From Octopus sinensis (lineage: Eukaryota): DNA of 64,000 nt. The DNA lies in contig NC_043014.1 of assembly GCF_006345805.1 (NCBI RefSeq), positions 930,001-994,000 of the forward strand. The letters run 5' to 3'. This document shows, in pieces, positions 24,302-38,951 of this stretch; within the stretch, counting starts at the first letter, position 1, and each line of letters begins with the position of its first letter. The position numbers and the translations under genes were made by a program. The notes beneath the pieces are model-generated. The model worked only from the letters and a program-made list of their open reading frames with translations, searched no databases and was not told the origin of the DNA.

Positions 24302-27183
24302 ATATATATATACACACACAAACATACATACATATATATAACCTTTTCTCGCCCTCCCTCTCTCTCCATCTCCCCTACCCCTCTCTTTATTCCCCCCCAT
24401 CCCTCTCCCCCCACACCAGAACCACTGACAGCTACAATGGTGAGTGCTCAAAGAACAGAAGAGTCACAATAAATTACCAACTCTCCAAACCTCATTTCTT
24501 CTTAATGCCAAAAGTAATAACAATCAAAGTCAGAAGAATTGCTCTTCTCTTCGACAAAGGAGTTGTATCTTGACGACAAATGGATTTTTTTTTATTATAT
24601 CTTCAGCTCGGAATATTCTGAAGAAAATTTATTTGCCTGTCAATTTTCGTGCCCACCTCTCGTCCCAGTCCCATTCTCGTCTTGTTTCAACTTGTTCCTC
24701 ATTAATATGATTAATGAGTCTTGATTCTTGGTTCTTGGTATCGTGATTTAGTTGACGACTTTTTGGTTAATGACACTTTCATAGAACTGGGTGCCTTGAG
24801 TTGAGAGCGAAATAAAATTTTAACGAGTGTTGGGTGTGGTATAAAGTCAGACCGTGTCGCCTGGGTAGGGATTATAAGATCCATCCGTCCATCCATCCAT
24901 GCATTTACCTATCTGTCTGTCTGTCTGTCAGTTCGTTCGTCTGTCTGTGACTTTCAATTTTCGTCTCTCTCTCTCTCTGTCTCTCTCTCTCCACACACAC
25001 ACACACAACACACACACACTCATACATGTTTATATTGGTGAAAATCGAAGTAGAACATGGAAACGGTTAACAGAGCAGGATAAATAAACATAGAACCACT
25101 TCTTAGCCACTATTGTCCCCAGGTTTACTCTGGCCCGGAGTAGTAGCACCGGTAAGGGTCCCAGCTATGGGTTAACTACCAAACCCTACTGCGACTGGGA
25201 GGTGGGGATCGGTAGAATGCAGTCGCCGTATTCCCTGCGTGGCGTAAGAGGCGACTAAAAGGGACGGAAGCGAAGGGGCTGGGAATCTATTCCTTCTAGC
25301 AATTTCAGATTCCTAAAAATAAAAAAAGTTTCTTTAAACTTTCTCCAAATTTTTATTAAAAACAAAAGTCAATGAGATTAGAAACGTCGAACCGAAACTT
25401 AAACAGGAAGAATTTCAGCGGCTTTAAAAACAAAGATAGGAAAATATTTGAAGCATTTGACAGCAAAGCAAGTTGAACAGTCAGAAAGTCTGAATGAGGT
25501 TGGGCGAACTAAAAATAGACTCTTTTGTTAGTTTCTCTTTCAAGTGTAGGTATTTAGGTAAGAACTGGATATCATGATTAAAATAATTTACTTATTGTTT
25601 TAAGAGAACCTGGGAAATCTGCTGCGAATTGTCCCAGAGTGGTAAAGCGTTTCGTTGGCAGTTTATTAATGCCTCGAGCTTACCTTGATTGCTTACTATC
25701 AACTCTGATTTAAACTCTTAATGAAGAACAGACTTTAACGAAATATTCTAGTGATATCCATCTTGCCTATATTTTGTGGAAAATACTCGCCTAAAAGTTC
25801 GTGCTTAAAATCTGTTGCCATTACTGAACATCGACAGGGGTTTAGCGGTTATGTATTAGCCAATTGAATTAATTGGCAATCTAGAAGCTCATATAATCAA
25901 TCATTTTAAATACAATAGCTAATGCGACCCTCAGTATAAATATGTGTCCCCATGGCCATCAGTACAGTCACACAAGTTCGTGCAATAATTTGTATAGACC
26001 TTATTTTGAATTCCATAGCTCATCTACTTTTCATTCGAAGCAATATTTACACTTGACGTATTATAACGCTCCAGTGAATTTCGGTTTTGTGAGTCTGGTC
26101 ATTAAATCGTCGTTGGTAGTACACAATATTACGTAGGTTGCGCGTGATGGTGAAAATAACCCTATTATTATCATTAATAATAATAATAATAATAAGAAGA
26201 AGAAGAATAATAATGATGCTGATGATATCCATTTCCAAGCTCTTTATTATCTGGAACATTTGTATTTACATATGTACAGCAATTATTTGAATAAAACCTC
26301 ATACATGAGATAATAAATGTCATAAGTCTTCATTGCAAAGAATATTTAAGTTATTTCTATGAAAATTGTTCATGGTTTTAAAAAACAGATTAAACAGACA
26401 GAGCGAAAACACCTTATCACAAAACTGACTTACAGAGTTCTGTATGGTGCCTGAGGGTTTTCTGTTTGGGTGTTCAATATCCCAGCTTTTTATAACATTT
26501 TGTCAAGCTTCTAGAACTTTCAGCAGAATTATTTGGTGGGAAAACTCACAAAGTCTACCATTTATTTAGCTCCACACCAGCTAATCTGATCGGTTGGTTG
26601 AACCATATTCATATCGGTGTTAATGACTTTTATGGCGACACTGTTAATTTCTAATTGCTGACCTTTGCCTACTACGTTAAATTTAGGCAGTGGTTGTAAA
26701 CTGGGGATCTGACTGAGATGGTTCGAAACTAGGCCGACACTTTGCTATTAGACATTTCATTAATCATTTAAGAAGAAACAAAAAGTATTCAAAGATAGGC
26801 AAACTTCCCGTGAAGATGAAGAATATTGTTTCATTTAACATTGTTAGAAGAGAAAGAAATCGATGATTGATTGGGGTGTCTAATGATTCGACCAGTTTCC
26901 ACCGATTCATAGATTGTGTAAGAAATGGTTACAAGACTTTTTATTTAATGTTGGTTTTGTAGAACCTACAGACAGCAGATAGCATACTTTCTTCATCAAA
27001 GACAATGATTGTTTTGTAAAAAACAGTCATTAAAAGACACACAAGATGTCTTCTTCATAAAAATAAAGTTGGTTACATAAAAAACCACAGACAGCAGAAA
27101 ATACAAGATGTCTTCTGCATAAAAAATGATGTTGGTTAACGAAACAGTCCAGAGAACAGAAGGCAATCAAAAAGACGATTCAA

Positions 27184-27574
27184 TACTTGTGGAAGCACTC
27201 CGTCGGTTACGGCGACGAGGGTTCCGGTTGATCCGAATCAACGGAACAGCCTGCTCGTGAAATTAACGTGTAAGTGGCTGAGCACTCCACAGACACATGT
27301 ACCCTTAACGTAGTTCTCGGGGATATTCAGCGTGACACAGAGAGTGACAAGGCCGGCCCTTTGAAATACAGGTACAACAGAAACAGGAAGTAAGAGCGAG
27401 AGAAAGTTGTGGTGAAAGAGTACAGCAGGGATCACCACCATTCCCTGCCGGAGCCTCGTGGAGCTTTAGGTGTTTTCGCTCGATAAACACTCACAACGCC
27501 CGGTTTGGGAATCGAAACCGCGATCCTACAACCGCGAGTCCGCTGCCCTAACCACTGGGCCATTGCGCCTCCAC
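27184..27574 (-). mobile_element. tRNA-derived SINE of a separate family, full length
   Basis: Head ggcgcaatggcccagtggttagggcagcggactcgcgg...ggtttcgattcc (A and B boxes); diverged fragment near 39790-39850. Confidence 0.8.
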
Positions 27575-28507
27575 AAATACTTGTAATGTAACAATAAATA
27601 CCATTCTTTAAATAGTTTTGTTTGAATAAAATAATTTTAGTCTTATGGTTAATTCATTGTGAAAAGGTTAATTAAATAAATGGTTACAGCTATTTCGAGC
27701 AACTTTCTGTATTAAAAGGGAAAACCTATTTAAATACTCCACCTTAAATGGCCTACATTCCTATTGTTGGACAGGGGATAAAATTGTAAAAATTCGTATT
27801 AGCACAGTCGTAAACTTTGATCCTACGACATCAGAGAACATTTCTACTGTGTCAAGACAAAACAGCTGAGATATAATTTTCATATTAACAACACTTAACT
27901 GTGACAAATACTTACAAGATCACGAGGTCTTGTTTATAAAGAAATCAGCAAACAAATTATTTGCTGATGTCTTCCAAACAGTAATTCACGAGACGGACAC
28001 AGAAAAGCGAGAAGTCAGACAATAATGCATTCATTCTCTTTTAATACTTTCTGGTAGATTTCAAAGTGAATATCTGATCGTATATAAGTGTATGATTTGC
28101 TACATACTTTATGTATGAACATATACATACGATTTGATGTAGATTTTTGAACAGTATTTCCTTCATCTGTTCAAAATGATAGCAATATCGTGATGACAAC
28201 GACTTTTATTGTGAGATTACCAAGCGGGAGTCACAAAGAAGGGATTAAAAGTTCGGAGATGGAGACAAGAAATTGGAATAACAACCCGAGGAGATATATA
28301 ACGAGTGGAAAGTCTTTGAGTGAAGATGACGTTCAGACAATAAAAAGCAACATTTTTATTAAAATGTATCGAAAATAGATTTTTAAAGATTTTACTCTCG
28401 TTTTAAATTTACGTATAATGCTATTAAACGCATTGGTTACGTATCTAGATTTATTTACGTTAACATCAATATATATATACTTTATTTAAAGCAGCAGAAA
28501 ATTCAAC

Positions 28508-28554
28508 AAAATCTGTTACTCTGAGTTTCTCGTTGCCGTTCATCAGACAGTTTT
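28508..28554 (-). ncRNA. Candidate minimal type I hammerhead ribozyme, family A (intact core)
   Basis: aaaacugu-CUGAUGA-acggcaacga-GAA-acucagagu-A-acagauuuu; stem I cugu/acag plus aaaa/uuuu, near-palindromic stem III, GUA site. Confidence 0.7.
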
Positions 28555-28560
28555 CTAACA

Positions 28561-28607
28561 AAAACTGTCTGATGAACGGCAACGAAAAACTCAGAGTAAC
28601 AGATTTT
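28561..28607 (+). ncRNA. Mirror copy of the family A hammerhead with G12->A
   Basis: Identical to the minus copy except gaaaaac for gagaaac (position 28586). Confidence 0.5.
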
Positions 28608-28692
28608 GTTGAATTTTCTGCTGCTTTAAATAAAGCATATTACTCTACCACTGGTATTTGAGTACTCTTTTTTTCCACCTTGTTTCACATTT

Positions 28693-28789
<97 letters not shown>

Positions 28790-28844
28790 ACGACGAATGG
28801 GAACGTGAAACTCTGAGTAACAGTTTGTGAAGATTTTGCAGCTT

Positions 28845-28944
28845 NNNNNNNNNNNNNNNNNNNNNNNNNNNNNNNNNNNNNNNNNNNNNNNNNNNNNNNN
28901 NNNNNNNNNNNNNNNNNNNNNNNNNNNNNNNNNNNNNNNNNNNN
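28845..28944. other. Assembly gap (100 N)
   Basis: Run of n. Confidence 1.
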
Positions 28945-29381
28945 TTGTTTGCAGGAGGGGGATGTAGTTGGTTATCTTGTCCCCAGTAAATGACTGGTAC
29001 AGTATTTTATCGACTCTAGTCTAGAGGTCTACAGAAATAAAAGATAAAGATGACCTTGGCGGGATTTGAACTCTGAAAGCAAAAATGTAAAAAAAAAACA
29101 CCCGTAATTCGATACTGCAAGGAATTTTGTTCCACATTCTAACGACAATGATGATGATGATGATGATGACAACAACGATGATGATGATGATTTCAAATTT
29201 CGTCACTAGGCCAGTAATTTCAGCGAAGAGGATGGTCGATTATATCAATCGCAGTGTTCAACTGGTAATTATTTTATCGATCCCCAAAGGGATGTCGGCC
29301 ACGGTGGAATTTCAACTCAGAACATAAAGAAATGCTGCTAATCATGTTATCGGCGCCCAGAGGACCCTGTAATCCACCTTA

Positions 29382-29421
<40 letters not shown>

Positions 29422-30177
29422 TATAATTTATCGGAAGCCGAAACTTCACAATTCGCTGGTGTGTGTTTTTCGTTGCCGATCTTCGGACGATTATGAAAAA
29501 TAGAACATAGAGTACACCAAGCATTTTGAATTGCACGACACACACTGGTTGATTGGCAGAATGTTACAAAGTAATATTATAGGCTGACGATATATCTATC
29601 GTTCTGTTCGGTAAATTGTAAATGGGAAAAAACTACTTAGACATTAATACGACTTCGGAGGCAGAAAAGGCGTTTTTAATTTGATAAAAACTGGTAAATT
29701 TAGGGAAAGCTAGAACAACATTCGAAGCTTTTCAAATAAGAACGAAGCAGCATTTCGATATTCTAAAAGACATTCGGATGTCATCGGACAAGACAAACCT
29801 TTTGACAGCATAGACGGCGCCACAAAATTAGAAACATTAGTAAATATTATTCCATAAACCTTGAAACCATCAATATTGGCACTTAACTTAAAATAATGAT
29901 AATTTAATGTTTGTATTTATAGGAATCATTTATTATATTTAAAGATCGCAAAGTTAATTTCGTAGATAATCGTAAATACAGATTAATTAAACCTGCTAAA
30001 GTAGCACATTCTAGATTCTATCGTACTTGGACACAAAATACTTATTCTCTTCCATCAGAGAATGATATAGGATCCATAATAACAGACATCAACTCTATCG
30101 GCGACAAACACGACACACAAACATATACACACACATACATACATATATATATATATTATATATAATATATTATATAT

Positions 30178-30223
<46 letters not shown>

Positions 30224-30224
30224 T

Positions 30225-30372
30225 ACGACAGGCTTCTTTCAGTTTCCGTCTACCAAATTCACTCACAAGGCTTTGGTCGGCCCGAGGCTATAGTAGAAGA
30301 CACTTGTCCAAGGTGCCACGCAATGGGACTGAACCCGGAACCATGTGGTTGGTAAGCAAGCTACTTACCACA
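30225..30372 (-). mobile_element. CORE-type SINE 5' half
   Basis: ggcttctttcagtttccgtctaccaaattcactcacaaggctttggtcggcccgagg...accatgtggttggtaagcaagctacttaccac. Confidence 0.75.
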
Positions 30373-32014
30373 CATATATTATTGTTCTACAACTAAACAT
30401 CTTTTTTTTATTTATATAAGCCTTAACTTTCATCAGGAATATTCCACCAATTAGCGAAGGACCATTAAGCAAGGAAGATAATCTATTCTGTTCTTTGACG
30501 ACTAATTCTAGGTTTAAAAAGACAAAAGTGAGTTTTTTTATGTCTCTCTGGGGGTCGCATGATTGGCATGAATTATACAAAATTATTAAAATTACATTTA
30601 GGATTTCCATCATAAATGATTTTCGGTTTTATACAGAGAGGTTGGTCTCCTAGTTTCGCATACCACGAACAGTCACGAATCAGATATATTTTATGGTCGA
30701 CAGAGATCAAACTTGATTGGAATTTTGGAAGCTGCTTGAAGTTTACTGACAAATAAATCCTACCCTTATAGAAAAAAACAAACGAAAGATTAAAAAAAAG
30801 TAAGAATTCGAAATACCATCGTATAATCTTAAAAAAATCTAGTATCCAATATTGTCTTATCTTTGGATGGGGTTGCACACCATAGAACTTTCCATAATCA
30901 GGCAACTTGCATAAGTGCTTTCGCAACTAAAATGTATCATAGAAACTGCTCTTACGTTTCCAAGTGTAAAAGTAGATAAAAACATGGCTGGATATACTCC
31001 AGTTATTAATCTAAATGTCAGTTCCCATGTTACTAGAGACGGTTTAAATTTAATTTCTTTTCATTTGTCGATAAATCATAAATGTCATACACTTTTTAGC
31101 GGAACCTGATTAAGTTCAGCTGTTCTTGTCAACAAAATATGGCAGGTTCCACTATCGACCAACCGATAATGCTGTGACTTATTCCTCAACGGAGCTGCAT
31201 CACTTCTTGTAATTGTTTTTGTGATTGTGTCTTTCAGAAATTTTGGTTTTCTATGTTAAAGTCTACCTCGACAACACCATTGCTCCAAGACATTGTATTG
31301 GCCTAAACAACAATGGGCTGTTCTGATACACAACAACAAAAACCATTCCAAAGCCATCACTTGATTGTACATCCATTATTATCGTGGAAGCGACTGGATA
31401 GTGCTCACAGGCATCTGTGGACACAACAAAATTCTCAGTGTGACAAGGCGAGATCTTTGAATTACATGTACAATCTTACCAGATGGGCTTCTTACAGTTT
31501 CCGTTTCCCGATTAAATTAAGAAGCTTTGTTTTGCAACTAAGTGGTTTCCAGTTGAGTCCCACTGCGCGGCGGCACATTGGGGGCAAGTGTCTTCTACTG
31601 TAGCCCCTGACCGACTAGTGCCTCGTCAGTAAATTTGGGAAACAGAAACTGTATGGAAGTCTGTCCATACAGGCAAACATACACACACATGCACGTACGC
31701 GCGAGGGTGGGATAACTTAAGCTTACAGAAAATGGATTTGCCAACAATACCAGACTGTGGAATCGAGCTCGGGACCTCGTGGTTCCGAAGTGAACTTTTT
31801 AACCATTCGGCCACACAGGTATAGCTATCAAAAATGAGGCGGGAGATGTTACAAGAAATCGATTGAATGGATCTATCTGTTTCTTTTTTTCTGGCATTTA
31901 ACAGTCCTTCTGGTTTAGACTGAAGGGTAGCAATTTTGAGGGGATGGGGCCTATTGATAACATCGACTTCAGTACAACAACAACAACAACAACAACAGCA
32001 GCAACAGTAACACC

Positions 32015-32047
<33 letters not shown>

Positions 32048-32427
32048 TACAATAACCCCCACTGGCCTCCTACCCTTTTCTGTTAATGTTCCGTTGACCA
32101 GAATGTGTTTTGTGTCAAGTTATGTGTTAGTAGTGGTCAGCATTGTGTGTTAAGACCGCCCAACGATCGCTGCAATGTCCAGTTATGGTCTGCTGGTCAT
32201 CAATAATTATTATCAACACCAACTGACACTTTATGATTCATCAGACAAAAATAATATTTCATTAGAATAAAAAAGTGACACAAAACTAAAAACAAAAAGG
32301 TGAAACCATAGCGACGACATTTTGGTATCGTCTGCTTTTGATCTATTTTATTGTATTTTGTTTCCTTTCTTCATTAAAGGTCTCCATTTTTGTTTCTTTT
32401 CAGGCGATATTTTACTTATATTAATCT

Positions 32428-32477
<50 letters not shown>

Positions 32478-32481
32478 CACA

Positions 32482-32520
<39 letters not shown>

Positions 32521-32562
32521 CACACACGCACACACACACACACACGCACACACACACACGCG

Positions 32563-32593
<31 letters not shown>

Positions 32594-33839
32594 ACACACT
32601 CGATCCACCACTATCTGACATTCTGACATTCACTCTCTTTCTCTTGCCTTATCTCCCTTTTACTCTCTCTCTCTTCCTCTCACTCTCCCTACTCCCCTTC
32701 TCATCCTCTTTCTCTCCCTCTCTCTTCCTCTTCCTTTCTCTCTCTTTCTCTTCCTCTCTCTCCCTCTCTTTCCTATCTATCTGTCGATCGGCCTCTTTTC
32801 CCACTCTCTCCCCCACTATTTGTGTCTGTCTTTCCCTCTCCACCTCTTTCTTCCTCTTCCTGTTCCTTTTTCTCCCTCCCCCTCTCTCTCTTTCTTCGTT
32901 TCTCTATTCTCACTCCCCTTCTGTCTCTGTCTCAGTCTCCCCTTTTATCCTTTTCTTTTTCTTGCCTCCTTCCTTTTCATCACTTCTTCCTTTCCTCTTA
33001 TCCTCTCCCCTCCTCTTTTACCTTTACTCCCCCTCTCTTTATACATGTTTTCTATTTACTTACAAATTCAAGCAATCGCACACACTCAAATTTACACACA
33101 CACACACACATACAAACACGCACACAATGCACAAAGCCACCGCCCCCCCCATGTACAAATACCCCTCTTCACAGACATAAGTACGGCTGTAGGTGTTTCG
33201 ACACCATTACGACGTTCAAATATTTGCCTAACTTTGCTGACATTGGACTTAAGGAAGAACAACAGAGAGATGACTCATGAAATGAAGAGAAGAAAAAAGA
33301 TGTTTCATCATGAAATTGGCTGACGAATTTGAGGAGGCTAAAACTGACGACATAGAACAAACCCTCGCGTAGTATTTGAGTAAAGTAGTTGGAATTGGTT
33401 TGGAGTGGTTCCAGTTAGACTTAATTTGGTGTGGTGGCTGCATAGATGACGAAGGAGGGAGCCAAGCATTATCTGAGAGCATCAATACTGGTTGAAACGA
33501 CTGGAGGGAGTCATAATATCAAGGTGTCGAAATCAGTGTGATGTCTAATTGACAACTAACGAGAGGGATGTCCTATTGGCTAAGCTTCCCAGCCACATGG
33601 TTTCAGTTTCAGTCCCAATGCGTGTGTGTGTTTAACATTGACTTCGAAGTTTCGAACAACTAAGCAGTCACTGTCCGACGATGGGTTAACTGGCTAAAGC
33701 TTCGAAGTCACTGTCAACAGCATTCTTGTTCAAGAATAATAAATTTGTACTCTACAAAAGTATCGGTAACCCTTCAGATTAATGTAAAATTGTTTTTATT
33801 ATAAACTGAATATAAAACAAACATTTATACACACGTACA

Positions 33840-33878
<39 letters not shown>

Positions 33879-34110
33879 TAGAGAAATAAAGAGAGAGGGA
33901 GAGATGTGTGTATGTGCGCGTGTGTCTCTTTTGGAACATTGAAACTGGAAGTGTATATTAAAAAACTCTTTCCACAAAAAAAGTCGAAGGCAGCCTTTAG
34001 TCCATAGACTTCCTGAAGAATGGCTCCTAACGCTGGAATACTGAAATACCCTGCAATAGTAACAACCATCGATCTTTATTTCTAATTATTATGACTTGCA
34101 CTGTTTTGGC

Positions 34111-34148
<38 letters not shown>

Positions 34149-34893
34149 TCGATCAATCGGAATGTATGTGACAAATAGTAGTCTAGTTTAAATGAACCCC
34201 CTTCCTATCATCTTCACCACCACCACCACCACCACCACCGCCACCACCACCACCACCACCACCACCACCACCACAACAACAACAACAACAACCGATTACC
34301 CCCACCCCCACCCCACCGTAGGACCTAAATAATAACATTGACTGGAGAAAACGACAGATAGGATGCCAAGCCTAAATAGTGCACAAAACACTTTTAAAAC
34401 TTGTAATTTCTGGAATGGGGAAACGACAAACATTTGTCATCTTCCCACGTTCATTAATCTACTTTAAGTCCTTCTTACACCTGCACAAAACGTACGGATC
34501 ACCTGGTACACAGATGACATCACCCCATACTCAAGTTCTCACAATGTACCCCAGACACTGTTGCTCAACTGCTCCACTCCCACATAAACAACAGAGAAAT
34601 CTGGTTTTCAAACAACCCGATTAAAGCAGAACCCAAAAGATCCAGCGTCTCCCTTTGTTAACAAGAACAGACGACCGACATTCTACCAGACGACAACAGC
34701 CCAAGACATGCAGCAACATACCACACACACACACACACCACACCACACACACAATAGGATAAACATACCACACACATATATATATATAGACACACACACA
34801 CACGACTTATAAACATACCTCATACAAACACAAACATCAACAACATAAACATAAACATACATAACGCACAAACACACACATAACAAAAGCAAT

Positions 34894-34941
<48 letters not shown>

Positions 34942-35515
34942 AACACACACACACACACACACACACATAAACACACACATACACCCACCTCATACAAATT
35001 TTCCGTATGTCACTCCTCCACAACTTTTACAACACAGAAGGCAGCAAAGAAAACAGGAAAACTTAAAGAAAAACCATATTTGCCCAACAACAACAACAAC
35101 AACAACAAGATGATGATGCATCTACAATATATTCGATCCTTAACGGACTTTGCTAATCCTCCTGACGGGAGGGGGTCCCCCCACCTCATTTGTCAACAAT
35201 AAAACGATGACCTAGTAACTAGACAAACCACAAAATACGACATATGAGGTGGTATACAACGGAATAAAGCGATCCTTCGGTATTGATCTTCAGCTAATAA
35301 AAAAACAATTGCACATTAATCTGATGGGTTACTCTATACTTTTGTAGAGAACAAATTTATTATTCATAAACAAGAATATTATTTTTAGTGAGTTTCAAGT
35401 TTCGGCCAGCAACGTCATCATACATGCATACATACATATGAGCGTCAATAATACTTTAATTGTTCCACGTCCTCGCGCGTTGCTGTGTTTTTTTCTGTTT
35501 TCTTGTTTGGATTAA

Positions 35516-35682
<167 letters not shown>

Positions 35683-35727
35683 CATGTGTATATATATATA
35701 AATATATGTATATATATATATCTATAT

Positions 35728-35783
<56 letters not shown>

Positions 35784-37329
35784 GTATATAATGTATATTA
35801 TGTACGTATACAAACATACATGCACAGAAGCACATGCATACATGCATGCACACCCACACCACACACACACACGCACACACACACAGAGGCAAAGTTGATC
35901 TTTGTGGGATTTAATAATAATAATAATATTAATCAGCAACACCTATGAATAATGTACATGTTTTCGCGAATTGCTATTTCGTTTTCAAACCATCAACCTG
36001 TCTCTGTCTGTCAAAACTGTTTTCAGAAGAAAATATATCAATAATATCGATCAAACTTGAAATTGGTAAATAACAGAACTAGAAATAACAATGGCTTGTT
36101 GACTTGTTCAAATGCCAAATAGGGAGAAAAATTGTTCTAAAAAAGCGAATGTCTTGGGTTAAATGACATCGTTATGTCAATTCTTTTGAAAATATTTTTC
36201 TGTCTGTTGAGAATCAAACAAATTCATCGTCTTATTGTATTTCTGTCTGATGTTATCATTGCTTGGTCGTATTATCGTCCATTAGTTTTATCGTCTAATG
36301 GTATTATCGTCTGCTGGTCGTGTCGTCTGATTCTATTATCGTCTGCTGGTGGTGTCGTCTGGTTGTATTATCGTCTGCTATATTATCGTCTGGCTCATTG
36401 TCTAGTTTATCTGGTTGTGTTGTATATATTGTCTTTACTGATTCTCAGTCTTATGTAATTCAGTGCCCTCGACGAATAGTGGTTTACAAACGCGTCTCAA
36501 AAAAGAAAAACAAGAAAGGTTAATATTTCAATCAAACAAGGTAATTTTGCACAATACTTTATTATTATCTTCTATATTTTCTATACTATCGCATCCGGTG
36601 GTGGTGATGGTAGTCTTGGTAGTGAAGATATTGGTGGCGGTGGTGGTGTTGGTGTTCGTGGCTGTTGGTTGCTTTCCTGATCAAACCAAAGTAACTACGT
36701 TTCCATTGTATTTCCCCAAACTACTGATATAATCTGCCGGCCGCAACTCCGGAGAGAAACGTCATCATTGTACAATGACACGAGGATTTGAACTCAAAAT
36801 ACCGAGTCAGAACCGATAGCAAAAGACATGTCGCCTGTATTCCTGACAATTGTTGAGCTGGGACAAAGTTTTTTTCTCTTGAGTCCGGAAAGGATAAAAA
36901 GTAAAGTTGATTGCTGAAGCATTTCAACTCAATGAGTCGAAACAAATTTTGAGGGCCATTATTTTTATCCAACCCTAACGATTCTGTTAATTAGTCACAA
37001 AAATTAGATATTACTAATGACCACATGGCTACAAAACCACGTAGTTTCTAGAAATAACAGACAACTGGGTTGAAACGGTTGGATTGAAACATGGAGGAAA
37101 CGCACTTGAGATCGTCTGTTTACATAAACAGAGGCAAAGAATTTACAAATATGGGGCAACGACACAGTTAGAAAGACGGCAAACAAGTTTGGAAAGCTGC
37201 AGCACCGTCTTCTTAATACTCTTTCTCTCTTTCTTCCCTCTTTCTCTCTCTCATACCTACATACAGGTGTATATGAGATTTCACAGCATCCATTATTTGT
37301 CCTTCATGCTACTAAATACAAACATACAT

Positions 37330-38300
<971 letters not shown>

Positions 38301-38423
38301 CCATCTATCTATCTATCTACACCCGTTTCTCCTTTACGCGCAAGTGTGCAAATGTTGATATACACATACAGATATATACACACATACACATATGTATGTA
38401 TGCATGTATGTATATCACATATA

Positions 38424-38457
<34 letters not shown>

Positions 38458-38881
38458 ATGTATACACACATGTATTTATGTATATGTACGTACATGTGTA
38501 CAAGTGTATGTGTCTATGTGCATATGCATGTGGATATGTGTGCGTATATGCAAACACGTGCATGTAAATGAGAAGGTGAAAGTGTACTCGATACCAAAGG
38601 TAGAGAGAAGATCGTGTTGCGTCCGCTCGAGACGATATTTCACGCATCAGACAGAATATATCGGTTTTAGTGTGCACGGATGTGGTGTGTGTGTGTTTGT
38701 TTGTATATATGTATGTATGTATGTATGTATGTGTGTGTGTATGTATGCGCTTGCCTGTATACGTAGACATATATATTTAACTCTTTGCTTGGTTTAACAC
38801 AACAATTTGGTGTCTAAGTAGATGTCTTTAGACGAATCCATTCTTTTTGCAACATTGGGGTCAGGTGAATTGTCTTTCACT

Positions 38882-38951
<70 letters not shown>

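Noticed and set aside
25100-25265. Explicit HDV-like or twister fold
   Set aside because: None of three possible P2 pairings leaves a valid P1/P3/L3, and the twister motifs are out of order.
26960-27165. Degenerate ~60-bp tandem repeats suggestive of a spacer array
   Set aside because: Irregular decayed minisatellite in a eukaryotic context; no constant repeat with unique spacers, so not CRISPR-like.
34005-34065. CTGAAGA...GAAAT motif
   Set aside because: Poor stem II and no stem I complementarity.
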